DNA of 61,569 nt, the filler included. It is 5 parts of 5 records of this genome, joined end to end, with 100 filler letters (N's around TTAATTAATTAA, not from the genome) between each part and the next. Parts side by side here need not be neighbours in the genome. Positions count along the whole stretch, not along the records: positions 1 to 14,219 come from SRR2962707_1537; positions 14,320 to 23,499 come from SRR2962707_1539; 3 more parts are not named here. The stretch is one strand, 5' to 3'. Made by a program: the position numbers and the translations under genes. Below, piece by piece: positions 12,579-21,334 of this stretch. Within the stretch, counting starts at the first letter, position 1. Every line of letters begins with the position of its first letter. The notes beneath the pieces were generated by a model, which was given only the letters and a program-made list of their open reading frames with translations, was not told where the DNA came from and did not search any database.

Positions 12579-12636
12579 CCTTGGGAAACGAGCCGCTTGC
12601 GGCGGCCCGCCGCCCTGACCAAGTTCTTACAACGCC

Positions 12637-13296
12637 TTACTTGCCGCCGCGCACATGAGCCATAAACTCGGCCATGCTGGCTTTGCGTTCCTCGTCCACC
12701 TGGCGCGCGCTGTCTCTTTGGTTGAGTTGATCAAGCAGCACCTTGCTGCCGGGGATCTCCGCCAGCAGGTCCAGATCGAACAGTTTGCCGGCGATACCGG
12801 CGGCCAGATCCAGACTGTAGAGCAGGACGGCGTCGGCGGCGGTAAGTTGGGCGCCGGCCACGAACGGATCGAACTTCGCCACCCGCTTCAGGGCGGCGGC
12901 GCCCTTGATCAGCGCTTCCCGGGCCTGTTGCTTGGTTTCGTCGCTGACCTTGCCGCCGAAGAACACCTCCGGATAGCAGCGGCGGGCCGGCAGTTCGATA
13001 TACAACTCGATCAGCTTGGCCAACTCCTTGACCTGGGCGCGCTGGAACGGATCGGCGGGATACAGCGCCGGGCCCTCGCCGGTTTCATCGATGTATTCCA
13101 GGATCACGTTGGTTTCGGCGAGAAAGCCCTGGTCGGTTTCCAGCACCGGCACCTTGCCCATGGGGCTGATGTCGAGAAAGGAGGCTTCCTGGGACGGGTA
13201 GTCGTTGACCTGCTCGAAGGCCATGCCTTTTTCCAGCAGCGCGAACTTCACCATGTTGACGTAGTTGCTGGCACTGAAGCCATGCAGTTTGAGCAT
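12637..13296 (-). CDS. Glutathione S-transferase family protein
   Basis: LHGFSASNY, SPMGKVPVLET, ETNVILEYI, LTAAD N-capping box. Confidence 0.9.
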   Translation of the reverse strand: MLKLHGFSASNYVNMVKFALLEKGMAFEQVNDYPSQEASFLDISPMGKVPVLETDQGFLAETNVILEYIDETGEGPALYPADPFQRAQVKELAKLIELYIELPARRCYPEVFFGGKVSDETKQQAREALIKGAAALKRVAKFDPFVAGAQLTAADAVLLYSLDLAAGIAGKLFDLDLLAEIPGSKVLLDQLNQRDSARQVDEERKASMAEFMAHVRGGK

Positions 13297-13321
13297 TGTT
13301 GTTCTCCTGAACAGTCCGTTT

Positions 13322-14113
13322 TTATAGCGCGGTCAGGCCACCGTCCACCGACAGTTGATGACCGGTGACGAAAGAGGACGCGTCCGACAGCAACCACTGA
13401 ACCGCCTGCGCCACTTCCGTTGCTTCACCGACACGGCCCATGGGATGCAGCGCCGCGTGCAGGCGCCGTTGCTGTTCGGCGTCGATGCCGTCGTCGCGCT
13501 CCACCTGAGAGATGGCACGCTCCATCATGGCGGTACGGATGATGCCTGGACAGACCGCGTTGACGCGAATGTTCTGACGGGCGTATTCCGCCGCCACGCT
13601 CTTGGTCAATCCCACCACCGCGTGTTTGCTGGCGGCGTAGGCGGCGCGCTTGGGAGCGCCCACCAGGCCGGCGATGGACGCGGTATTGACGATGCTGCCA
13701 CCGTCACCCTGTTTGGCCATGGCGGCGATCTGGTATTTCATGCACAGCCACACGCCTTTGACATTGATATCGATGATGCGGTCGAACAGGCTCTCTTCCA
13801 CGGCCACGATCTTGGCGTTTTCTTCCTCCACGCCGGCGTTGTTGAAAGCGCCATCCAGACGTTCATAGGCCTCCAGCGTGGCCTGCACCAGGGCGGACAC
13901 CTGATCCGCGCGGGTGACATCCACGGCCATGGCTCTGGCGGTGCCGCCGGCTTCGCGGATGGCGGCGGCGGTGGACTCCACGGCGTGTGCGTCGATATCG
14001 GACAGCATCAATCGTGCTCCCGCCGCGCCCAGGCTTTCCGCCGTGACCCGGCCGATACCGCCGCCGGCACCGGTGATCAGAATGACCTTGCCGGCCAGTT
14101 GTTCATCCCGCAT
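13322..14113 (-). CDS. Classical short-chain dehydrogenase/reductase
   Basis: TGAGGGIG, FNNAG, NTAS, YAASK, VNAVCPG, VDGG. Confidence 0.92.
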   Translation of the reverse strand: MRDEQLAGKVILITGAGGGIGRVTAESLGAAGARLMLSDIDAHAVESTAAAIREAGGTARAMAVDVTRADQVSALVQATLEAYERLDGAFNNAGVEEENAKIVAVEESLFDRIIDINVKGVWLCMKYQIAAMAKQGDGGSIVNTASIAGLVGAPKRAAYAASKHAVVGLTKSVAAEYARQNIRVNAVCPGIIRTAMMERAISQVERDDGIDAEQQRRLHAALHPMGRVGEATEVAQAVQWLLSDASSFVTGHQLSVDGGLTAL

Positions 14114-14219
14114 CTGTCGTGTCTCCGTTTAGGTTCGCTCTCTACTGTAGCGGATTCCGGTGGAGAACCCGTATGTCGAAAGCGGCACTTAGAGCCTGTT
14201 TAAGGTCTCCACGTCGCCG

Positions 14220-14319
14220 NNNNNNNNNNNNNNNNNNNNNNNNNNNNNNNNNNNNNNNNNNNNTTAATTAATTAANNNNNNNNNNNNNNNNNNNNNNNNN
14301 NNNNNNNNNNNNNNNNNNN
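14220..14319. other. Artificial contig linker
   Basis: 44 N + TTAATTAATTAA (stops in all six frames) + 44 N. Confidence 0.98.
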
Positions 14320-14462
14320 TTCGCCAGCAAGCTGGTCTCCCACAGCTTTTCTACAGAGCGGCTGTGGGAGCTTGCTTGCAAGCGAATTTCTTCCCGGAGA
14401 GTCCCATTCGCCAGCAGGGCTGGCTCCTGCAGGGGCTCCCTGGCCTTTTGTGGGAAGCTGGC
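14320..14462. repeat. Cluster of alternating-orientation REP elements (REPIN/BIME-like) at contig start
   Basis: (-)14320-14343 GTGGGAGACCAGCTTGCTGGCGAA; (+)14364-14387 GTGGGAGCTTGCTTGCAAGCGAAT; (-)14406-14430 GCAGGAGCCAGCCCTGCTGGCGAAT; partial (+)14450-14462 GTGGGAAGCTGGC. Confidence 0.85.
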
Positions 14463-14473
14463 GGGGCAGTGAC

Positions 14474-14896
14474 CTAATCGGCCATCCACGGATTCAGTAA
14501 AGACACCCCCAAGGGTTCGAAATCCTTGATATTGCGAGTGGCCAGTACAGCGCCGTGCCGCTCGCAGATGGCGGCGATCTGAGCGTCGGCCATGTGCACG
14601 GGCCGTCCGCGTTTTTCGCAGGCCGCCAGTTTTTCCGCGTAGTAAGCGGCGGCCGGGGCGTCGAAAGGCAGCACGCGGCCGGCGAACTCCTCGTTGAACA
14701 AGCCTATGGACAGGTCCGTGAGACGGCGCTTGCGTCGCCCGGCGGGCAAGCGGCGGATGCCATGCAGTATTTCCGCCACGGTGATACTGGTAACCGCCAC
14801 ATCCCGGCCGCTCTGGCGGTCCAGCCATGCGATGACCCGAGGTTCGGGGGCCGGCCGCATCAATTCCGACAGCACATTGGTGTCCAGGACAATCAT
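14474..14896 (-). CDS. vapC: PIN-domain toxin (VapC/FitB family)
   Basis: MIVLDTNVLSELMRP...SITVAEI...ADAQIAAIC...LATRNIKDF...LNPW. ATGA overlap with the antitoxin. Confidence 0.93.
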   Translation of the reverse strand: MIVLDTNVLSELMRPAPEPRVIAWLDRQSGRDVAVTSITVAEILHGIRRLPAGRRKRRLTDLSIGLFNEEFAGRVLPFDAPAAAYYAEKLAACEKRGRPVHMADAQIAAICERHGAVLATRNIKDFEPLGVSLLNPWMAD

Positions 14897-15135
14897 TGAT
14901 CCAGACCTGGATCACGGGGCGCGTCCTGGCGCCGTTCGAACTCCGGCGGTTCGGCGTCGTAAGCGGCAAAGCGCTCGCGGATGCGGGTGCCAAGACCGGT
15001 ATCCGAACCCGGTTCCAGCGCGCGATGCAGGATCTGCCTTACCTCTTCCTCCATGGAATGGCCGTGTTCAGCGGCGCTCAAGCGCAGCCGGGCTTTCAAT
15101 TCATCGTCGAGGTTGCGGATGGTAATGGAGGCCAT
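14893..15135 (-). CDS. FitA-like ribbon-helix-helix antitoxin
   Basis: MASITIRNLDDELKARLRLSAAEHGHSMEEEVRQIL. RBS GGAG before ATG 15135; upstream of the PIN toxin. Confidence 0.9.
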   Translation of the reverse strand: MASITIRNLDDELKARLRLSAAEHGHSMEEEVRQILHRALEPGSDTGLGTRIRERFAAYDAEPPEFERRQDAPRDPGLDQ

Positions 15136-15147
15136 GGGTTCTCCGAG

Positions 15148-15178
15148 TGCTTTCATTGATATCAATGAAAGCATAGCA
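15148..15178 (-). promoter_or_regulatory. FitAB/VapBC autorepression operator overlapping an extended -10 promoter
   Basis: Perfect 26-bp palindrome TGCTTTCATTGATATCAATGAAAGCA (15148-15173); minus-strand TG-C-TATGCT at 15178-15170. Confidence 0.8.
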
Positions 15179-15230
15179 CGCCAGACGCTGGACGCCAGGT
15201 GTTCGGTATTTTTATTCCATATCCTGAATG

Positions 15231-16067
15231 CTATTCATCGATAGTGTTTTTCCTAAGGTTGCGGGGAAACAGTGAGCGTTCCAGGAAGTGCGCGGTGTCG
15301 CGGATGGCCTCGCCGGCCCGGGCCAGGCCCCGGGCATTGTGCTGAGCGGTGATGCCGATACCGGAGATGGCGAAGCGCGGCTGGTTGTGGTGATCGGTGA
15401 GAACGCTGGCCACCATGCTGATGCCGCGATACAGGCAGTTGTCGTCCAGGGCCCAGCCCTGTTCCCGTGCTTCCTTAACGCCCTTTTGGTATTCCTCGAA
15501 GCTGGGCGGATTCTCCCAGCGCAGCCGTGCGAAGCGGCGTCGGAGTTCCGCGTCGGGCAGGTCGCGTACCCCGGCGATGGCGCGGCCGCAGGCGCCGATC
15601 AGCTCCGGCAGGCGGCTGTCCAGCCGCACATCCACATGGGCCACATTGGGGATGCCGCGGGCGATGACGCTGACATGGTTGTCGTGGGTGATGCGCCACA
15701 ACACGATCAGGATATCCAGATTCAGGGCCAGCCGTTCCAGTTCCGGCTGAATCAGATCGGCATAGCTCTGACCGATCAGATTGACCGTCAGTTCGGACAG
15801 ACCAATGCCCAACTGGTAGGTCTTGCTGCTTTCGTCGAAGCGCACGAAGCCCTCGTTATTGAGGGTGCGCAGAATGTTGAAGGCGCTGCTGGGGCTGACG
15901 CCGGTGGCGCGGGCGATGGCGGCCACGCCCTCCGGGGCCTGCTGGTGGGCGAGGTGACGCAAAAGCTGGATCGCGTTCACCACGGCGCCCACGTCCTTGG
16001 TGCTGCCATTTCGGCTGCCGCCGTTCCGGTTGCTGGTATCGGAGCGTTCGTCTTTTGGGGATGTCAT
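15231..16067 (-). CDS. IclR family transcriptional regulator
   Basis: HTH GVAAIARATGVSPSSAFNILRTLNNEGFV...YQLG; C-terminal GACGRA, REQGWALD, FAISGIG. Divergent from the catabolic operon. Confidence 0.9.
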   Translation of the reverse strand: MTSPKDERSDTSNRNGGSRNGSTKDVGAVVNAIQLLRHLAHQQAPEGVAAIARATGVSPSSAFNILRTLNNEGFVRFDESSKTYQLGIGLSELTVNLIGQSYADLIQPELERLALNLDILIVLWRITHDNHVSVIARGIPNVAHVDVRLDSRLPELIGACGRAIAGVRDLPDAELRRRFARLRWENPPSFEEYQKGVKEAREQGWALDDNCLYRGISMVASVLTDHHNQPRFAISGIGITAQHNARGLARAGEAIRDTAHFLERSLFPRNLRKNTIDE

Positions 16068-16075
16068 GGATTTGT

Positions 16076-16117
16076 ATTCACAATAAGGATTGACATTCAG
16101 AATGGTGAATTTACCAT
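16076..16117 (+). promoter_or_regulatory. Sigma70-like promoter with overlapping candidate IclR operator
   Basis: TTGACA (16090-16095), N16, TACCAT (16112-16117). Palindrome ATTCA-GAATGG-TGAAT (16095-16110) fills the spacer; related half-site ATTCACAAT at 16076. Confidence 0.6.
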
Positions 16118-16452
16118 AAACCGCAATTCCGGACCGGGCAACGACCCGGCGCCGTTGTCGAAATCACGGCACAGAACAACAAAGTGGGAGAGCACAGTGA
16201 TGAGCATGCCCCCGGTGGCCCGTCCCGGTCACGTCGTCACTATACCTTTAGTCCCGGCGCTGGTCCCGGCCCGGATAGCCCGTTCTCGCACCGCTGTCGC
16301 CGAGATCGTTGTACTCCGTTTCCCATGCGCTCACCTGGGAAGATCCCCCCGCCCCGGCGGCTTTGTCGCCGGTGGCGACGGGGTGGGCGTCCCTCGTCAG
16401 CCCTTCAATAAGAACAGTCAGAAATAGCCGGACCAGAAAGGAGCTTGCGGTG

Positions 16453-18585
16453 ATGCAAGACGACACCAACGCGAACGGCACCGCCAACGGCCGGTTCGCT
16501 TCTCTAACGCCACTGCTGCAGCCACGGTCCGTGGCGGTGGTGGGAGCATCCGCCGACGCCACCCGTATCGGTGGCCGGCCAGTAAGCTACATGCTGCGCG
16601 GTGAGTTCCAGGGCCGGGTAATGCCGGTGAACCCGAAACGCAGCGAAATTCAGGGGCTGCCGGCCTATGCCAGCATCGATGACCTGCCGGACGCGCCGGA
16701 CGCCTCGGTGGTGGCGGTGCCGGCCGCGCAGGTGGTGGACACCGTGGATGCCCTGGGCCGCAGGGGCGGACGCAGCGCCATTATTTTCTCTTCCGGTTTC
16801 AGTGAAGTGGGCGCGCAGGGCGAAGCGCTACAGCAGCAACTGCTGGCCACCGCGCGCCGCCACGGCATGCGCCTGCTCGGCCCCAATACCGCCGGCGCCT
16901 TCAACAGCACCATCGGCTTCTTCGGCAGTTTCATGTCCGGCCTGGAACGCGGTTTTCCGCTGCCGGGCCGCATCGGCATCGCCTCCCAGTCCGGCGCCTA
17001 CGGCGCTCATCTGTTGGGGCTGGCACGGGCGCGCGGGCTGGGCACGCCTATCTGCGCCGCCACCGGCAACGAATGTGACGTCACCCTGGGCGAAGCCATT
17101 GGCTGGATGGTGGAGAACCCGGACATTGACGTGGTGATGGCCTACGCCGAAGCGGTGCGCGATGTGGATTCGTTCATCGCCGCTCTGGAAGCCGCGCACG
17201 CCGCGCGCAAACCGGTGATTCTGCAGAAGGTGGGCCGCAGCGCCCTGGGCCAGAAAGCCGCCATGTCCCATACCGCCGCCCTGGCCGGTGACGATCGGGT
17301 ATTCGACGCGATGCTGGCGGACTACGCGGTAATCCGCGTGGAGAGCAGCGCCGAGCTGCTGGACGTGGCCTATACCGCCACCCGCCGCATTTATCCGGCC
17401 AACAATTCCCTCGGCATGCTCACCATCAGCGGTGGCGCCGGCATCATCGTCAGCGACCTGGCCGAACAGTTGGACGTGCCGATGCCGCCCATGCCGGAAC
17501 CGGCACAGGCCGACCTGAAAGCCTCGGTTCCGTTCTGTTCCCCGATCAATCCGGTGGACTGCACCGCCCAGGTGCTCAACGACCTGACCCTGGCCGGCAC
17601 CTTCGGTGAGCGCATGGTGTCCGATGGCGGCTACGCTTCGGTGCTGGCGTTTTTCAGCCAGGCCGGCACGGTGCCATCGGTGGCGCCGAAACTGTGCGCG
17701 GAGTTGAAAAAAGTAAAGGATGCCCATCCGGATCGTCTGTTCGTGATGTCACTGATCGGCGAGCCGGAGCAGAACCGGCCCTATGAAGAGGCCGGCTTCG
17801 TATTGATGGAAGACCCCACCGACGCGGTGAAAGTAATCAAGGCCATGGGGCAGTTGGGCGACGCCTTCGCCCGGCCCTTGCCACGGCGGGGAGCGGTGTC
17901 ACCGGTAACCTTGCCGGAAGTCACGCCCGGCGAAGCCGAAGCCAAACAATTGCTGGCCGCGCACGGTATTCCCGCGGTGCCGGAAAAAGTGCTCGGCAGC
18001 GCCGAGGAGGCCGCCGCCTACGCCGAACAAATCGGCTTCCCGGTGGTGATGAAAATCGCCTCCGCCGACATCGTGCACAAATCCGAAATCGGTGGCGTGC
18101 TGTTGAACGTTGCCGACGCGGACTCCGTGCGCGAAGGCTTCCAGACACTGTTGGGCAATGCCGAACGCCATGTCCCGGACGCCAAACTGGATGGTGTGTT
18201 GGTGGCCCGGCAGATCGTCGGTGGCGTGGAATGCTTCATGGGAATCCAGCGCGATCCCCAATTCGGCCCGGTGGCGGTGTTCGGTCTCGGCGGCATTTTC
18301 GTTGAAGTGCTCAAGGATGTGGCGTTCCGCCGTTGTCCGTTCGACCGCGAGGAAGCCCGCGATCTGATTCTGTCGATCAAGGGCGCACCGTTGTTGCAAG
18401 GCGCCCGCGGTCGCGCGCCGGTGGACCTGGATGCGCTGTCGCAGGTGCTCGCCAATTTGTCCCGCTTCGCGGTCGGCGCCGGCGAGCGCCTGGACTCCAT
18501 CGATATCAATCCGGTTTTCGCCATGCCCGAAGGGCAGGGTGCCTTCGCCGCCGACGCGGTGATCCAATTGAACGAACAAAAGTGA
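16453..18585 (+). CDS. NDP-forming acyl-CoA synthetase (acetate-CoA ligase family; CoA-binding + ligase + ATP-grasp fusion)
   Basis: PRSVAVVGAS, RLLGPNT, IASQSG, phospho-His AAMSHTAALAG, NPVD, FPVVMKIASADIVHKSEIGGV, IDINP. RBS AAAGGAG. Confidence 0.9.
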   Translation: MQDDTNANGTANGRFASLTPLLQPRSVAVVGASADATRIGGRPVSYMLRGEFQGRVMPVNPKRSEIQGLPAYASIDDLPDAPDASVVAVPAAQVVDTVDALGRRGGRSAIIFSSGFSEVGAQGEALQQQLLATARRHGMRLLGPNTAGAFNSTIGFFGSFMSGLERGFPLPGRIGIASQSGAYGAHLLGLARARGLGTPICAATGNECDVTLGEAIGWMVENPDIDVVMAYAEAVRDVDSFIAALEAAHAARKPVILQKVGRSALGQKAAMSHTAALAGDDRVFDAMLADYAVIRVESSAELLDVAYTATRRIYPANNSLGMLTISGGAGIIVSDLAEQLDVPMPPMPEPAQADLKASVPFCSPINPVDCTAQVLNDLTLAGTFGERMVSDGGYASVLAFFSQAGTVPSVAPKLCAELKKVKDAHPDRLFVMSLIGEPEQNRPYEEAGFVLMEDPTDAVKVIKAMGQLGDAFARPLPRRGAVSPVTLPEVTPGEAEAKQLLAAHGIPAVPEKVLGSAEEAAAYAEQIGFPVVMKIASADIVHKSEIGGVLLNVADADSVREGFQTLLGNAERHVPDAKLDGVLVARQIVGGVECFMGIQRDPQFGPVAVFGLGGIFVEVLKDVAFRRCPFDREEARDLILSIKGAPLLQGARGRAPVDLDALSQVLANLSRFAVGAGERLDSIDINPVFAMPEGQGAFAADAVIQLNEQK

Positions 18586-18592
18586 GAGCGGC

Positions 18593-19435
18593 ATGGCTAT
18601 CGATCCGCAACATTTGCTCAATTACCCCATTCCCCAGGTACGTCAAACACTGACCGAAAAGGACACCGCGTTTTATGCCCTGTCGGTGGGCCTCGGTATG
18701 GACCCCCTGGACGAAAAACAACTGCGGTTCGTCGATTCCGCCCGTGATTTCCGTGCGCTGCCGAGCATTGTGGTGGTGCTGGGCCATCCCGGTTTCTGGG
18801 TGGCCCGTGAAGACACCGGCATCGACGCGGTGCGCGTGGTGCACGGTGAACAGCGCATTGAGTGGCACAAGCCGCTGCCGGTGGCGGGCGAAGTGGTGGG
18901 CGAAACCCGCGTCACCGGTGTGGTGGACAAGGGCAACAACGCGCTGATGTACAGCGAAAAGGAACTGCGCGACGGTAACGGCGAGTTGTTGGCTACCGCC
19001 GGCATGACCACGGTGCTGCGCGGGCAGGGCGGGTTCGGTGGCGACAGCGAACCGTTGCACGCGGTACACACCCTGCCGGACAGCGAGCCGGACATCAGCG
19101 TGGATCTGCCCACCCGTGCCGAGCAGGCGCTGTACTACCGTCTCAACGGCGACGACAACCCGCTGCACTCCAATCCCGCCACCGCCGAGGCCGCCGGTTA
19201 TCCGCGTCCGATCCTGCACGGTCTGTGCACCCTCGGTGTGGTTTTCCATGCGCTGTTCCGCGAGCTGGTGGATTACCGGGAAGATCGCCTCAAGGCCTTG
19301 TCCCTGCGCTTTTCCTCGCCGGTCTTTCCGGGCGAGACCATCCGTACCGAAATCTGGCGCGACGGGTCCTTCCGCGCCCGGGTGGTGGAGCGTGACGTGG
19401 TGGTGGTGAACAACGGCAAACTGGATTTTGTTTGA
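18593..19435 (+). CDS. MaoC/hydratase-2-type (R)-specific enoyl-CoA hydratase, double hot-dog fold
   Basis: FYALSVG, VVHGEQ, catalytic motif YRLNGDDNPLH, PILHGLCTLG, RFSSPVFPGE. Confidence 0.88.
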   Translation: MAIDPQHLLNYPIPQVRQTLTEKDTAFYALSVGLGMDPLDEKQLRFVDSARDFRALPSIVVVLGHPGFWVAREDTGIDAVRVVHGEQRIEWHKPLPVAGEVVGETRVTGVVDKGNNALMYSEKELRDGNGELLATAGMTTVLRGQGGFGGDSEPLHAVHTLPDSEPDISVDLPTRAEQALYYRLNGDDNPLHSNPATAEAAGYPRPILHGLCTLGVVFHALFRELVDYREDRLKALSLRFSSPVFPGETIRTEIWRDGSFRARVVERDVVVVNNGKLDFV

Positions 19436-19446
19436 CCGGCGCCCCT

Positions 19447-19470
19447 GTGGGAGCCGCCTTGGCGGCGAAT
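19447..19470 (+). repeat. REP element inside the operon
   Basis: GTGGGA-GCCGCC-TT-GGCGGC-GAAT. Confidence 0.8.
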
Positions 19471-19500
19471 GACGTTAGCCAATAAATTCGGGAGAGAACA

Positions 19501-20568
19501 ATGACCATCGAATGGACCCAAGAGGACCTCGAGGCGCGGGAAGAACAGGTGCGGATGATCCGTGATAGCGCGGTGACGCTGGTGTCCCGTCATGGTGCGT
19601 TGGAGCGGGCCCGCGAAACCCGCTACAGCGACCTCGGCCTGGATCCCGCGATCTGGCGGGAATTCTGTGAAATGGGTTGGACCGGCCTGCGTGTGCCGGA
19701 AGAGAAAGGCGGTGCCGGTCTGGGCATGCTGGAATACGTGGCGCTGCTGGAGGAGCTTGGCAAAGGCCTGGTGCCGGAGCCGTTGATTGAAGGCGCGCTT
19801 ACCGCCGCGCTGTTGCCGCAAGCCGCCGCCACCGCGCATATCCAGGGCGAGCAACTGATTCTGCCGGCCGGGATCGGGGGCGTTGACCAGCCGCCGGTGT
19901 GCCGTGATAACGCGCTGGATGGCGAGGTGCGCCGGGTGTCCCTGGCCAGTGCCGCCGATGCCTTCCTGGTGGCCTGTGATCAGGGACTGGCGCTGGTGGA
20001 CAAGGACGCCGCCGGGCTGACCCTGGAACGTCAGTTGCAGCAGGACGGTTCCCACGTCGCCACCGTGAAGTTCAATAACACGCCGGTGCGGGAATTGGTG
20101 AGCAGCGTTGATGTGGACGCCGCGCTGGAAGACGCCACCCTGGGGTGTGCCGCCTACCTGCTGGGTGTGATGCAGGCGGCGTTCGATGAAACCCTCTCCT
20201 ATCTGAAAATCCGCCGTCAGTTCGGTAAGGAAATCGGCAGTTTCCAGGCCCTGCAGCATCGCGCTGTGGACCTGAAAATCCAGATCGAACTGACGCGCGC
20301 CATGGTCACCAGCGCCGCCCGCGCCATCGATCAGGAATTCCCCATCGAACGCATTCGCCGTGCTGTGTCCACCGCCCGGGTAAAAGCCTCCACCGCCGCC
20401 ATGCTGGTGACCCGCGAAGCGGTGCAGTTCCACGGTGGTATCGGTTACACCGACGAGGCCGACATTGGTTTGTTCCCGCGCAAGGTGCTGGTGCTGCTCA
20501 ACCGTTTTGGCGGTGTCGACGGCCACAAACGCCGTTTCATGTCACTGATCGATGAGGAGGACGCCTGA
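19501..20568 (+). CDS. Acyl-CoA dehydrogenase family, non-catalytic (PimD-like) subunit
   Basis: Keeps RRQFGKEIGSFQALQHR and QFHGGIGY but lacks the SEPxAGSD, helix-G ER and YGGxNE motifs. Confidence 0.82.
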   Translation: MTIEWTQEDLEAREEQVRMIRDSAVTLVSRHGALERARETRYSDLGLDPAIWREFCEMGWTGLRVPEEKGGAGLGMLEYVALLEELGKGLVPEPLIEGALTAALLPQAAATAHIQGEQLILPAGIGGVDQPPVCRDNALDGEVRRVSLASAADAFLVACDQGLALVDKDAAGLTLERQLQQDGSHVATVKFNNTPVRELVSSVDVDAALEDATLGCAAYLLGVMQAAFDETLSYLKIRRQFGKEIGSFQALQHRAVDLKIQIELTRAMVTSAARAIDQEFPIERIRRAVSTARVKASTAAMLVTREAVQFHGGIGYTDEADIGLFPRKVLVLLNRFGGVDGHKRRFMSLIDEEDA

Positions 20569-21332
20569 TGAGCGGTCCCTTGCTGTCTCGCCGTGAAGGC
20601 AACTGCCAGGTGCTCACCTTCAATGCGCCGGCCCGTAAAAACGCGCTTTCCCTGGAAATGCGCGCCGAGCTCTATGACGCCTTGCTGGCGGCGGAGCAGG
20701 ACGCCGAGGTGCGTTGCGTGGTGATCACCGGCGCCGAAGGCACTTTCTGCGCCGGCGGCGACATCGGACAAATGAACGAAACCCAACTGGCCAGCGCCCG
20801 CACCCGCATGCGCCGCAATACCCGCCTGGTGCAGCAGATGCTGACCATGGGCAAGCCGCTGATCGCCGCCGTGGAAGGCTGGGCGGTGGGCGCCGGTTTC
20901 TCCCTGGCGATGGCCTGCGACACGGTGATCGCCGCGGACAACGCCCGCTTTCAATCGGGCTTTGGCAAAGTGGGCCTGGCCGCGGATCTGGGATTGTTTC
21001 ACACCTTGCCGTCGCGGGTCGGCATGGCCCGCGCCCGTCAGATCCTGATGTACAACCAGCGGCTGGAAGCCGCCGAGGCCCTGAGCCTGGGTGTGGTGGA
21101 CAGCATGGTGGAGGCCGGCCAGTCCCTGCAAGCCGCCTTACAACAGGCCGAGGCCCTGAACGATCAGGCACCGCTGGCGGTGGCCGCCACCAAGGCCATG
21201 CTCGCCGGTCAGTTGGAATGGGCCTTCACCCGTGAGGTGGATTGGCAGAGCCAATTGCTGATCAGCGCCGACCACCAGGAAGGCAAAGCCGCCTTCGCCG
21301 AAAAACGCGCACCCCGTTTCGGAGGTAACTGA
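20568..21332 (+). CDS. Crotonase family protein (PaaG-like signature)
   Basis: FCAGGDI, AVEGWAVGAGFSLAMACD, FGKVGLAADLG, EGKAAFAEKRAPRF. Confidence 0.88.
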   Translation: MSGPLLSRREGNCQVLTFNAPARKNALSLEMRAELYDALLAAEQDAEVRCVVITGAEGTFCAGGDIGQMNETQLASARTRMRRNTRLVQQMLTMGKPLIAAVEGWAVGAGFSLAMACDTVIAADNARFQSGFGKVGLAADLGLFHTLPSRVGMARARQILMYNQRLEAAEALSLGVVDSMVEAGQSLQAALQQAEALNDQAPLAVAATKAMLAGQLEWAFTREVDWQSQLLISADHQEGKAAFAEKRAPRFGGN

Positions 21333-21334
21333 AC

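Noticed and set aside
14264-14275. TTAATTAATTAA recurring four times as a possible biological motif
   Set aside because: It is always centred in 88 Ns and is a synthetic six-frame-stop linker.
14320-14462. Repeat cluster considered as a CRISPR array
   Set aside because: Units alternate in orientation, differ in sequence and have roughly 20-nt gaps, no cas genes are present, and the same unit is dispersed elsewhere. This fits REP/REPIN.
14268-14993. ORFs running into N stretches (14268-14993, 55525-56094)
   Set aside because: They are off-frame readings closed only by the linker stops.
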